A DNA stretch of 64,000 bases, from NCBI RefSeq assembly GCF_009834535.1, contig NC_045696.1, forward strand, positions 93,870,001 to 93,934,000, in the 5' to 3' direction. The DNA comes from Camelus ferus. Its lineage: Eukaryota. The notes under the pieces were generated by a model. The model made no database searches and had not been told where the DNA came from. It worked only from the letters and a program-made list of their open reading frames with translations. The position numbers and the translations under genes were made by a program. Position 1 is the stretch's first letter; each line of letters begins with the position of its first letter. This document shows positions 51,500-63,744 of the stretch, piece after piece.

Positions 51500-52050
51500 C
51501 TGGAGAAGCTCTTTAATTTGTCCATAAGGAGAGAGAAATATTGTTTATGCAGCAATGTTAATAAAGAAAGAAACATACCATCTACTGTCCAACATTAGGA
51601 GAATATGTAGTTTTTTAAGGGTGGTATTTATAGAATGGAATACTATATAGTGTTTTGAATGATCTAGATCAATTTGCATTAATATGGATAAAAAATCTCA
51701 AAAACATTGTTGAATACAAAAGTAATCAAAAATATATTCAGAATCATATCATTTATCTCCATTTTAACACCCACACGAGTACACATACATGAATACATGT
51801 AATATATGTTTTAAAAACACAGACTGGCTGGATACACATCAATTCATAATTATAGCTGCCTCTCTGGAGGAGAGGAAGGGAATGGGATTGAGGAGGAAAA
51901 TATAGAACTTCTGCTTTATTGAAAGTCTTATTTTCTTATTTACTTTAAAAAAATGAAGAAAAAATTATAAATGTAATACATTTGTTAATTCTCAGTGACA
52001 GGTTCACCAATGTTTGTACTTTTTGGGTTTTTTTAAAATCTAAAAAATAT
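51500..52050 (+). mobile_element. Ancient L1 3' end (L1ME-like)
   Basis: tgtccaacattaggagaat...gaatggaatactatatag...aatatggataaaaaatctcaaaaacattgttgaat...tgcctctctggaggagaggaagggaatgggattgagg. Confidence 0.65.
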
Positions 52051-52292
52051 GCCACTCTAATGTGCCCTTATATTTTTGCATTATTCCATGTGAATAAAGT
52101 AAGAAAAGAATACCTTGTGTCCTCTGTAGAACTGATTTAATGCATGTACATGCATAAACTTATACATATATGTGCATCAAATATGCATACGACAGAAGGA
52201 AAGCGCTTTGAGAAACTTGCAATATTATTACAATGAGCAATCTTCAACTACACTGATTAAACTTCAAGTTGTGAAACCCTAAACCTGAAAGT

Positions 52293-52480
52293 AAACTTCC
52301 ATTTTGGTATAATTGTAGATTTATAGAAATCTTGCAGAGGGTTCTGAGTTCCTGTGTTTCCTTCACCTAGCTTCGCCTAACCAGGGTACGTTACATTTGT
52401 CTGTAGAGAAATGTACACACATTATTCAGATTTCACCAGTTCTTTCACTAACATCCTTTTTCAGTTCCCAGATCTAACGT
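52293..52480 (-). mobile_element. L1MC4/5-like 3' terminal fragment
   Basis: attttggtataattgtagatttatagaaatcttgcag...cttcacctagcttcgcctaa...ttattcagatttcaccagtt. Confidence 0.6.
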
Positions 52481-52742
52481 GTTTCATTTTTCCACATATT
52501 TCCTCCAGTGTAAATACCTGGACTAGGTGCTTTCTTGTTTAAGTTAAAAAGACGCTGGGATATTTTAAATTTTCTTTTCTGGGGACTCCTGTGTAGTTTT
52601 ACTTGACAATGATCACATACTTCTTTTGTAAAAAGAACAAAATTAATATGTTGTCAAAGGAAAAAGCTGAATGTAGCAGCTGAAAGCACCTGCGCCCCTT
52701 AAGAGTCAGAGCTCTAAAGCATCTGCTCGGTACCAAACCTAC

Positions 52743-52799
52743 CTCTTGCCTCTTTCTTTCCTCCTGGCTAACCGTGTGCGATAATCCATTTCTTTTCAC
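52743..52799 (-). CDS. ARHGEF26: ARHGEF26/SGEF internal coding exon (57 nt, phase 0-0), just before the DH domain
   Basis: Acceptor ttttccccctag|GTG, donor GAG|gtaggt. Encodes VKRNGLSHTVSQEERKRQE, the EERKRQE motif at the start of the DH domain in the ephexin/SGEF family. Joins the next exon in frame. Confidence 0.95.
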
Positions 52800-53749
52800 C
52801 TAGGGGGAAAAGCAAAATAAAGTTGAGCTCGTTTACTTTAACAACCAACTTCTTTATTATGTAAGGGCATAACGCTATGTCCTTCAAAAATGAATTAAGA
52901 GAAATTATGCAAAATGTTAAATTCAGCCCATAATAACTTTTGAGTCTCACAGCCCTCAAATAACATTTAATCACATTAATAAATCAGCATGGTTCAACAC
53001 TAAAGAAATGAAAAGTGTCTAGAACACTATTTGATCAGGCTGAGTTACTCTGTTCTAGTCTTAGTTCTGGACAGCCCTAAAATACTTATGTTATTAATCT
53101 CCCAATACGTAAGTGAAGTAATCTGATAAAGAAAATGAAGGCATCACCTGGAGAGTTTACTGTCCAGGATTCCTGGATAGTAATAAGGCATCCTTATCAC
53201 ACTGGAAGAGTAATTTTAACACTATTTTTCATAAAGACTGAGAAGAATACCAATGCTCTTTATAAAAACCCAATCAAACAAGAAAACAAAGTCCCAGCTG
53301 CAGTAGTCTTTAAGCACACTGAATTCTGACAAATAAAGATGTTAACCTGACACTATTTGGAGAAGCAACAGTACCTACAAGAACCAAGATCACCAGTACC
53401 ACACTTGGAGTAATGCTCTTGGAACCCGAGTTGAATAACTGCAGTTCCTACCTCAACTGCCACACCTGTACACTTGACTGCTACAGTTCCTACCCTAAGG
53501 TGGTTTCTAAACCAAAGAGTAGACGCTGAACTATGAACTCCATGAAGGCAGGGCCTGGCGTCTCTTTTGATACACCTGCACTGAGTTGGCCACATGAAAA
53601 ACATTTAAGTTTCACAGTTAAAAATTATAGTAGTACAAGGCCAGGCATATATCAAATTCCAAACAATTAAATCCTGTGCTTAACAGAAAGAAGAGCCTCA
53701 AGAAAGGAGAGTGCCTTCCCCTTGTGTCAAAAATTCATAGCAATAAAAT

Positions 53750-54220
53750 GTAACAAGGTCTTCAAACATCTCTGCTATCATATTTCTCAAAAAAATTTAA
53801 AAACCATGTTCCCCTAGACCTATTTTTCAGTTGACATCTCAAAATTTCCTCCTAAGCTTAAAGAACTTCAAAGATGTATTTTCCTACTAATTGTAAATCT
53901 AGGCATTTTAACCATGTGTTACTATACTCTTTTAAATGTATCCAATCAACTATAAAAACCTTGATGATCTGATATCCAATATCATCCATTTAAAAATAAA
54001 TAAGCTTTTCTTGATAGTTGGAGGTTTTACATGATTCTTCTTTCTCCTTGAAATTTCATTTCTATGTCAACTTCCCTCCCTAAATTTCCTAATATTTGCT
54101 AGGATATCTTATTAGTCACCCTACCATACTTGAATGAACACAAAAATATATTTTTAAATTTAATTTTCTAAAATTTCCTGTGACCATGGACCTTTAAGTA
54201 TAAAGGCTCTCCTAGATTAT
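53750..54220. mobile_element. Ancient hAT-Charlie-like DNA transposon fossil
   Basis: agttgacatctcaaaattt...ctcttttaaatgtatcca...atcatccatttaaaaat...tttctccttgaa...aatttcctgtgaccat resembles Charlie internal sequence as I recall it. Confidence 0.5.
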
Positions 54221-54397
54221 ATATAATCATCACAAGTATCATTAATAACCTATGATCAAAACAATGAAATTACTTCCAATTTCAATGCATTAAACCCTAG
54301 AGATAAAATTTTACCAAGAATGCAACTCTGAGTGAAATGCGGCCTGGGGTGGGGATGGAGCATGGTGGTTTAATTTAAAGGAAACTTTGCTGAAACC

Positions 54398-54450
54398 GGT
54401 GAGGTCACCAGCAAGAATTTCCACAACCCCAGCATCTCCATCCAGAACTG
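54398..54450 (+). repeat. 53-bp dispersed direct repeat, copy 1 (copy 2 at 55499-55551)
   Basis: 48/53 identical with no gaps by manual alignment. Confidence 0.9.
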
Positions 54451-54894
54451 ACCCCCTTTAATCTTGTGCCACCACTGATTTAACACGAGAGGACAAAACA
54501 TCACGATAAGATTTGAAATGGGTAAGAGAGATGGCTTTCTTTAGAATAATGGCAAAAAGGCAAATGGGAAAGGGGCAGTTGGAAAAAAAGACCTGGAGTA
54601 ACACTTTAAGTGCAGAACAGTCTTGGTTTTAGAAAAAAAGAATACCCAGGAGCTGAGGCTCTGGAATGGTCTCCTTAAAACGATCCCTACCCACCTAGCA
54701 TAGTTTTGCTGAACACCTAGGGGTGCAACGCATACCCTAGTGTGAAGACCCCGCTGGGCAGGTGCACAGTTCTCTATCTCATGGGGTCAGGGAAATGAAG
54801 ACAACTATATGTTACTGTCTTTAACCTGACTCGGGAAAAGTCAGAAAGCAGTGCAGTAGAGTAGAAAGAGTCCTAAATCAGCAGTAAAATCTAA

Positions 54895-55112
54895 TCATTG
54901 ACTGAGTGCCAAGAAATGTGCTAAAAACATTTTATACCCCTGTTCCCAGTGAATTCTCTAAAGAGCTCTAGAAAGTTGATCCTATTCCTATGCCCATTTC
55001 ACAGATGTGAATGACAACTGAGGCTTAGGATCCAAGATCAAACGGCCAATAGGTAGCAAGGCCAGGATCAGCATCCAGTCCTGTCAACTCCAGGGGTCAC
55101 GCTCTTAACTGT
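54895..55112 (-). mobile_element. MIR SINE
   Basis: cccatttcacagatg...aactgaggcttag...ccaagatca...gactcc-like gtcaactccagg...gctcttaac. Confidence 0.7.
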
Positions 55113-55498
55113 GGAATTACATGGGTTAGGGAGCCCTGTTTTGTATGACAGGCACCCCATCTCTAATGATCACCTGGTGTTCTTCTAGTGATCATCACTA
55201 CGACCCCTTCTAATGCCAGGTCTGTACCAACTCTCCACATGTTTGCTTCCATCCACCCATATCATGGCATGTTCTTAGCCTTACCCACCATCCTGACCCT
55301 GGGTCAGCCTGTCAGCAAGAATTCATGGCTCAAAAGGCTTCCTCGTAAGTTTGAATAAGGGAGGAGGCTGGCCAAAGAATGAAACCGCTCAGAGCTGCTC
55401 CCGTTTGGTTAACCCTGAGCAGGAATTTCACAGGATTTCCTGCCTGACACAAAGTCCTGGCAGACCGATGTCTAGGCACAATGCCCACAGTCTCTGCA

Positions 55499-55551
55499 GG
55501 TAAGGTCACCAGCCAGAATTTCCACACCCGCAGCATCCCCATCCAGAACTG
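55499..55551 (+). repeat. 53-bp dispersed direct repeat, copy 2
   Basis: GGTAAGGTCACCAGCCAGAATTTCCACACCCGCAGCATCCCCATCCAGAACTG versus GGTGAGGTCACCAGCAAGAATTTCCACAACCCCAGCATCTCCATCCAGAACTG. Confidence 0.9.
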
Positions 55552-56432
55552 CTCCCAGTTCAGACCTAGAAGCCTTAAGGGGAAGACAGTGAAGCATGCG
55601 GACTTAGAGACCTACCCAGGTGGCAGCTCATTTACTGAGGATTAAGAGTACTTCACCCTATCAGAAAGGAAAAACCCCACCTAAAGTTGCTCTTTGGAGG
55701 GGGAGGTAGACGTAGTTTTGAAAAAGGCAAAGTACTGAAATGCACAGAATTATCCTCTTTCACTCACACTAATACAAACAAATGATAAAATATTCCTTTA
55801 ACCAAAAAGTCATCAGTAAGAAACCAGCAGCTCATCCCAAAAAAAAAAAAATAAAAAAAAAAAGATTTCAGGAAGCATTCAGCATTCTTGGATTACAATT
55901 AAGAAAAACGGCACATTCAGGGAGCCTGAAAGCTTGCTCTGGAGAGTTACAACGAATCAGCTCCTCCTGGCTGGCTGCCGGAAGGCTGCTCTGGGGCTGG
56001 GCTGAACTGGTTCTTCTCCAGAGCCAAGAGGAAGCTTTCTGTCTCCCAGAGACCTTCCACATTCAACTCTAAATGAAGTAGTACCTGAGAGCAGGTGCCT
56101 GGAGGAAGATGGTCAAGAGCAGGCAAGATGATTTTAGAGACTGAGGAGCTTAGAGAGTGGACACCGGAGAAAGCAGGGGAGGGAGGATATAAACAAGGGC
56201 CCCGCAGAGACTGGCAGAAGGCAGGCAAGAGAAAAACCAACCGGGGGAGAAGGAAAACAGACAGCTTAAGGTCAAGTGGAAAGAAACAAGGAAGGAAAGA
56301 AGGGAAAAGAAAGCTAGGAGAAAGAATGTGTGCAAAGATTTTGATGGCAAATGTGTCTGGAAATTTGCTAATTCAAAAACTGTGACCTTATGGCTAAACT
56401 GAAGTAAAAATCACTGGAAGGCCCAGGCTTTC

Positions 56433-56473
56433 TTTTTTTTTTTTTTTTTTTTGCACACACACACACACACACA
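56433..56473. repeat. T-run followed by about (CA)10
   Basis: About 20 T, then G and a CA repeat. Confidence 0.9.
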
Positions 56474-56834
56474 AATGTGTATAAAGCATACGTATGTGCC
56501 TACAGTTTTAAAATGAACATGTTTTCTGCAGTTTGCACATTTTTGCCAAGAGGATCTAAAACACGATCAAGTTCATCACATTTCTCCATGTGTCCACAGG
56601 TGGAAAAGAAAACATAATGCATCACCTTCCAAATGGATTCTTATTTTGTTTTTTAAAATGAAAGAAATTAAATTGTACAGGCTTTATTTTTATTTCTTAA
56701 ATATATATTTTTGTAGTGGGAGCTATGGCTGAGTATAGACAGGAACACAGCCAGCCAAACAACCATCCTTTCCAGCTCCCTTCTGACCCCACCTGATCGT
56801 TCTCATTACTCACTGGTTAAAAGAAATTTTTTTT

Positions 56835-56920
56835 CCACTTAAACAACAGAAATTTATTTTCTCATGGTCCTAGAGGCTAGAAGTCTAAGATCAAGATTCC
56901 AGCTGATTCTATTTCTGGTT
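56835..56920 (-). mobile_element. MaLR (MLT1) LTR fragment
   Basis: cttaaacaacagaaatttattttctcatggtcctagaggctagaagtctaagatcaag is the reverse complement of the MLT1 3' motif also seen at 4843-4900. Confidence 0.8.
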
Positions 56921-59080
56921 AAATTTTTTATTTAACTATGTTATCAATAAGTAGAATTGCAAAACTACTTTAGTGAAACTTTAAGAATTAGATTCAGTTT
57001 GGGGTTCTTGGTTTTGTATAGTCTAACCAATTCACAAAACTGTTCAAAAATCTTGCCATGGCAGATTCTAGACTCTAAGGAGAAAGTGTAACTATATGTC
57101 AATATGGTCAACATTTTAAGTGGATAAAAATTCAAATAAAACAACAGAAGTGTAGCCTACAACTAAAATATGAACATATATATGCAGCTTGTCAAGATAG
57201 CAAATGCAGAGTAATCACTAATGTTATAATAGTTCTAAATTCATAATTATAAATTATATTTTTACTGCTCTAATTGGTGTTGAAATTCTTCACCCACGAT
57301 CTTGGTAACCAATATATTTTCCATGTCCAAAGAGACAGAAATTAACAACTGGCTAAAACTAATAATGAACAGTATAAGATACTTCATCTATGGGTATGAT
57401 ATTGTCCAATTAGACCCAAGAGACAGGTTTTAAAATTTATAAAAGGGCAAACTCTCTAAAGTTTAGAGTCAAAAGTAAATCAGTAGATACACCATCTAAA
57501 ACTGATGCTGATCGATATCCTTCTTGTACCTTGCAAGTCTGAACTTCTTAGATGTTCCCATGAAGGAACAAGCAGGTTTTAGGCAGTAATTCCTCTCCTA
57601 CACTCATCATAGTTACAGATGTTTTCCCCTTGTAAAGAATTGTGCTAAGAAAACCATGAACTTTGTGTAATATTCCTTGGTCTCTGACTCCACTGACTGG
57701 AACAGGTGATGAGGCAGGTTCTCTACGCCTCAAATAGAGCCCTGAGATTGCTATTTCTACGGGACAGAGCCAGCCCTGTGTCTGTGGAGTGAGCCAAGAT
57801 TAATAACACCAGTCAATCAAATCATCATTTTCTATGTGGTAGAGAGGGATATGTTTTCATGCCCTCTGTGACTTGACATTGTTTCTAGATAGGATGGGTG
57901 CACATTCCTTTTATTTTTCCCCACCTGCCAGGGAAACCAGAATGGGAGGCCCCCAAAAGAAGGACCAACCAAAAAGCCTCCGAAATGTACTCAATTAAAA
58001 ATCAGATCAGATATTTATAATCCAAGATCACTCGGGCTCCATAAAGCACTAACATGCACTGAATCCCCATCTGAGCTAAGACCTTTATACTTGCTGGAGT
58101 TATCCACTTGCAGAAAATCGGCTGGTTTATTCATGCCTCCTGGTGATTCACTATTCACGGGCTTCTGTTCTCAGGAGCTCAAGTGAGAAGAGAATGAATT
58201 GCAAAGTAAAATTATACCACGGGACACAATCACTCCTAGGTCCTTTCTATAGACTTAATACAACCCAAACAGCCCCTGAATTACAAATGAGCTAGAGTTC
58301 TTTCACTGTAAATAACATGGGAACAGCGGGGCTCTCAGAGAGAATGTTGGAGGTTCCTAAAACGAAAAAAGGCCACAGCCCGGAAACAGCGTCCTCTGTA
58401 AGCAGACCCCGCAGGCTCTCTCCAGCCCTGCCTCGTCCACCAAGAAATCACTGAGCTATCACTCGATCTAAGCTACAAGCTGTTGGCAGAACATCTACCT
58501 TAAAGGGCCAGGGATCTGCATAACCCAAGATCAGATAAATCAGGTCAAGACAGAGACAGTGCTATACTTCCAGGGAGAAGTAGATAAACAGACAGAACAC
58601 AATTTTTTAGAATAAGAGGTAGAGGACAATAGCCCCTTTAATAAAATCACATGCTTAATTTAAAACGACGTCAAGGAACCTGCCAGGGACCTCCTCATTC
58701 ATTTGTTCAAAAAGACAGATCTCTTCTCTGATCTACAGTTGTTAAATTTAATTCTATAATCCTCACCAAAGTTCTTGGATCTCAAGAAACAGCAAGCACT
58801 CCCAACCTCCCGGAGGTAACCTCAGGTCTGCTGGAACCATGGTGAACTCAGATAAGGCAGGCCAGGGCTTGAGATTTTCACAGGACCAAGGCCTGCGTCA
58901 CCCTCTACAGACAGAGCCAGGATTCCTGACTGAACCCAAGTTACTTCAATACAGACATAAGGCTGAGAGTACAAACCACAAATGGAGAGGTCATTAAATG
59001 TGCTTTATACGATTTAGGAGATAAGTGTGTTACTCATTTGTAGCCAGCCCCAGCTAACCAGCTTCCCATATCTAATTCTT

Positions 59081-59188
59081 TTTTTTTTTTTAAGATTTAT
59101 TTTTTTTTTTAATGGAGGTACTGCGAATTGAACCCACGACCTTATGTATGCTAGGCACACTACCACTGAGCTATTCCCCATCCTCCCC
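59081..59188 (-). mobile_element. Camelid tRNA-derived SINE, short form
   Basis: T-rich tail then aatggaggtactgcgaattgaacccacgacc...taccactgagctattcccc. 12-bp TSD TATCTAATTCTT (59069-59080) / TAACTAATTCTT (59189-59200). Confidence 0.88.
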
Positions 59189-59254
59189 TAACTAATTCTT
59201 GATTCAGAGTTCTGGTTGGTCCCTCGTGGACTTCTCAAACTACTGCTATATCCA

Positions 59255-59440
59255 CTGCTTACCATGCACTGGGTACTGATTTTTCATGCATCTAAACCTT
59301 ATAACAACCCTGCAAGGGAGGAAGTACTATTGCTGCTTTACAAATTTAAAAAAACAAAGAGAGAGAGAGAGAGGCAGGAAAGTTAAAACATTGTTAGCCC
59401 TAATAAGTGGCAAATCTGGGATTCAATCCAGGCCAGCCGG
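59255..59440 (-). mobile_element. MIR SINE
   Basis: cttataacaaccctgcaagggagg...taagtggcaaatctgggattcaatccagg. Confidence 0.7.
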
Positions 59441-59929
59441 CTGCCCTCAAAGATTGCGATGTACCACCTTCTAATGCTGGTGAATTTCTTATAGGTGTGA
59501 CCTGCAGCTACTCTCCCCCTAAACTAAGGTCCTCCCCCGGATGCCCCAGAAACCGCATCTCCAGCTGAATTCCCAGCTTCCACTGCAGAGAGAGCTAAGC
59601 TGTCAGTGGGGCGCCTGGCATTTAACTTGTTGATTAGTCCTGACATTTGTGGAATCTCCACAAATTCCTCTCTTTGACTTGAGGCTCTCCCTGGCCTTCA
59701 TTCCCCTACGGGCTACTGAGCCCAGACCCAAATGTATTCATTCTCTGTCCCCCAATAAGCAAGAGACCCAGTTCTTTTCTATCAACAATCGAGAGGAGAA
59801 AATGAGATTAGGACATACGTGAAAAGCTAATACACAGAAGTAGAGAGGATGGAAAGGAGGCTGATTTTAGGGGGGGAAAGGCAATCCCATACAATTATTT
59901 AATAAAAGATGAACAGTTTTAAAAAGCAG

Positions 59930-60600
59930 AATATTTAATAAAATACTGAGGAGTAGACCAGCCTAATAGTGGTTCACAGTGGAGGGGGTTGGGAATGGTG
60001 GTAAAATCATAGCAACTTTCGTTCTTAACTGTTGTGTTTAGTTTTGTAATAAGGAGCATGTATTTGCATTATTTTCATAATTCAAAAGTAATTGTTTTAA
60101 AAGAGCTTAATTTAAATTTTGAATTTTACATCGGAATATTAGGAACAAACTAATGACTAACAAAGGGGAATTGGTTAAAAGAACCAAACATCTACCTATT
60201 TGATGAAATACAGTATGGGCTTTATAAAGGTTGTTGTGGAAGAAAGTTTAATGATGTGGAGTCATTCACAACACTGTTAAGAAAAAAAAAATGGGTTACA
60301 AAACAGCAGGTTTAATGACCTGAGAAGAAATTTACAACATTGTTAAAGGGAAAGTATGAGTAATAAGACAGTATTATTGTATTATTAAATATTTTTAAAG
60401 GAAAAGAAAAACCCTGTTATCTATATACACATTAAGAAAAAAAAAGGTCTGAAAAGTTATGCATCAAAATGTCATCTGTGATGGATGGAGGAGGGATTTC
60501 AACTATTTTAATTTTCTTCTTTTTATCTCTTGGTACTTTTTACTTTTCTATAATAAACATAGCCTGTCTTTGTAATGAAAGCTCCATTTTTAATAAAAAC
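59930..60600 (+). mobile_element. Ancient L1ME-like fragments
   Basis: aacaaaggggaattggttaaa...atgaaatacagtatg...gtctgaaaagttatgcatcaaaatgt...cttttctataataaacatag. Confidence 0.55.
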
Positions 60601-61639
60601 TAAAATGTTTCACAGTCCTCTCTCAAAAAAGAAAGAAAGCAAGTAAGCAGGCCAATGGAACTCTTTAAGGATGCCAACAACACCTGCATTTCTTTGTTGC
60701 TGCCCACAGGAAAGCTAAAGAAGTGGGGACCACTTTATCTGGGGACCACTCCCAGATAAAAGAAAGCAAGGAGCTCAGGGAAAGAAAAGGGAGGCAACGA
60801 GAAAGATTTCAATCAAGCCCAAACCAAGCAGTGGCTTAGGAGGCAGTGTTGACAATGAGTGATGACAGGCCGGTGTGTGGACAGGCGAGCAGAGGAGGAT
60901 CGGGCTCGAGTCGGGTAATTGACAGTGACGCCAACGACACATAGTGAGGGTATGAGTCAGGAAGGGGCTAACGAAGGCAGAGCAGGTCTGGGGGCTCCTC
61001 GTGCAGAAGAGGACACCTGTCTTGTAAAGGTGGTACCCACATCTTTGTTGCCATTTTGTTTTCCTTTGCTATTTTAACAAAGTGACAGATGGATAGGCAT
61101 GACTGACTCCAAACGTAAGTTCCTTAGCCCAACACCCACCCTGAAGTTAGTTTCTTAGATTTGCAACAAAACCTGAGCTGAGTAAAACCTGTTCCAGAAC
61201 AATGGGTACTAAAGTGAACTAATATTTTTCATGAGATGTTCAAAGCGTGCAATGGTTTCACTAAACAGGAGTTACCTTATTATATAGAGGGGAGATCTGA
61301 AAAATGTGTCTACAGAATTACCATTGTCCTCCCATTTCCTATATGTCAAACTGCACCCAAGCCACATTTTATATTTCTATTGTTTTATTTTCTACTCTTC
61401 TGCCCACTGAGCTCATCTAAGTTTTAATTACAATATCTAGAGAGCACTTTCCTGACCTTTACTTCATTTTGGCCTTTTGTCCTACATTCTTTCAAAAACA
61501 CCACTTAGACATTTCATTTTTACTGTCTTCTAAACCAGCTTCTAAGTTCTTACAGCGCGCATTCTGGATTTTAGGCTTGTTTTTTTGGCCCCATCCGCCA
61601 CGATGCAGGGGAATACAAATGAATTGTGGAGTCAGACAC

Positions 61640-61890
61640 CAGCATTTTTCAAACTACAAATTATAACCTCTTAGGAAATGGCAAAACAAAGCCTACGAAT
61701 TTCTGATTATCATCTATTTAAAGGTAACAAAACAGAAAGGACAAAAAAGAAAAGACCATAGTGCACTGCCTGTATTAAGGGTAACTTCTGCTTTGTAGAA
61801 GTTTGTCTGAGCTACACAGACATGCACATATGTGGACCCACAGACTGGGTTACAAGTCAAATGTATTTCTTATTATGTTAAGCCGCTGAT
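61640..61890 (-). mobile_element. hAT-Charlie MITE (Charlie18a-like)
   Basis: cagcatttttcaaact...actgggttacaagtcaaatgtatttcttattatg resembles the reverse complement of the element at 7385. Confidence 0.55.
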
Positions 61891-63744
61891 CTAGACCATG
61901 GTTTTAATGTCAATGCCACCATGGGTAAATTCACACTAGATATGTCAGTCATGTCGCTCAACACTCCCATAGACTCTTACAAGAAAAGCTGTAAGAGCTC
62001 AAAAGCAAATGCAGCGGCCCAGGTGGCCGCATTTCACACCATGGTGCACCACGGAGGCCAAGGCTGACTGGAGGAGAGCTGGTTACGCACCTGACTAAGT
62101 AACAGTAAAAGTGGGAGAAGTGGCTGAGCTAGTGTGATTCTCTCTCAAGAAAATGAACTGGGTAGTTACACGTGGAAACTAAAAGGATAACATGAAGCAA
62201 GTCAGGACTGTGCTAGGCAACCTCAAGACTAAGTTACAAGAACTCAGTACCTGTGAGCACTCAAGAACTCCCAGGAGAAAAGACAGACATGGTAAAAAGG
62301 GAAAATAAGCTGACTCATGCGAGGCAGAGAGCCAACGGGCCACTTCTGAGACTGAGTCACATCGCTGGCCAAGTGCCAGAGGGAAATAGGGTTCCTGCTC
62401 TTCCAGAGTTCTGGGCACCTGTATCCATTATTTAGGGAAACTTGAGAGGCTCTGTCCCAGGTAATCTCAAGAACCTAATGAAAGTGGTAGGAGAGTAATA
62501 GTATTTGACATCTGAGGGTCTCAGGTGCCTCAATCAACATAAAGTGGAGAAATGGTACTTGGCCTCATGGTATTGTCACAAGGCCTCCATAAACTGAGTG
62601 AATTGACCTAGTACAATCCCTGGTGCACGTCCTCTGCAAATATTGGGTCGATAATTTAACTGCATGTAAACAAATTAGTATCGAGATGCCAATGTCTCGG
62701 TCCCAGAGCTACAGCTATCCTGCAAGTCAGCTACTGCACTGCCTTATCACACTGAGACCTTGACCCCAGGTGGGCATAAGCTGACCAAACAACAACCACA
62801 CTCCTTTGCACATCACTACCAGATGCAGGGTTTCCTGCCTCCCAAAATGGGAGCTGCGCCACTTTTATGTTATTGCAGTTGGATAGGTGGCAGAGTTCCT
62901 CTCCTACACCAAAGGGGAAAATAATCTACAGTTTCCTTTCACCGGCAACAACACTTCCTTCTGCAGAAGCTGTGCACTGGCTATAGTCCTTATCTCCCCA
63001 ATGATACATACACAGATAAAAAATGCCATAATAATCTTAAGACATTAGAGAACAGACTAATCCTGGAGAAAATCAACAGGCTACAAGCATGCTGGATAAA
63101 TCAACAAAATTCGAGAGAAATTTTTAAGCACTAGTTCCATGTGTAAAGATTCAATAGTAATTTTGACAGTGATGACATTTCCAATCACCATGGAGACAAA
63201 TCATTCTGTGAATGTGGCTCCGAGAAACAGTTTCATCATTGGACTGAGGGAAGAGACACCACAAGGGGCCGTCTTAAGGTCAGGAGGGCAAAGGCAAGAA
63301 TGTGATTGATGATTTCCACAAACCAAAGCTGTATTATAGAGCCCTTCCCTAGAGTTATTCAGAACTCCTCAAGTAACTGAATCTTGTCTTCTTTCACCCA
63401 ATTATACTATGTTTCTAGAGACGGCTATTGTACTTGAATGCATCCCATTCACCTCCCCAAAAGAAATACCAAGTGGAGGACGAGGCTGTAGTTCAATTTG
63501 ATTTCACAGTATGCAAATATCTACCATGGGCTAACACAGCTCTAAACCATGAAGATGCCAAGTTCTCCAATGCATCAAAGACATTAATTAAATCCAGGAC
63601 GTAGCCAAACAACCATCAAGAATTTTTCCTTTAAAATAAGAATCAAAAACAGCCTCCAAACGAGTCCTAAATGGGAACTTTCCTGGCTGTTTTCATTACT
63701 GAGTGACTTCGTTATTTTCACTCACGGGATTAGGTTTTTGCCTG

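Noticed and set aside
54398..55551. Direct repeats as a CRISPR array or the LTR pair of a small retroelement
   Set aside because: Only two full copies, 1.1 kb apart, in mammalian DNA. No TG...CA ends, primer-binding site or TSD, and a MIR lies between them.
56095..56385. Lys/Arg/Gly-rich 96-aa ORF
   Set aside because: Translation of a low-complexity purine-rich tract with a GTG start, antisense to the gene.
59645..59665. Short hairpin ATTTGTGGA-atc-TCCACAAAT (also TCCAGGA-T-TCCTGGA at 53163-53177)
   Set aside because: Stems of 7-9 bp are too short for a pre-miRNA and plausible by chance. Bacterial terminator logic does not apply.
62032..62058. RE1/REST-like GCACCACGGA
   Set aside because: Lacks the flanking TCA and CAG of the consensus, so it is only a partial match.
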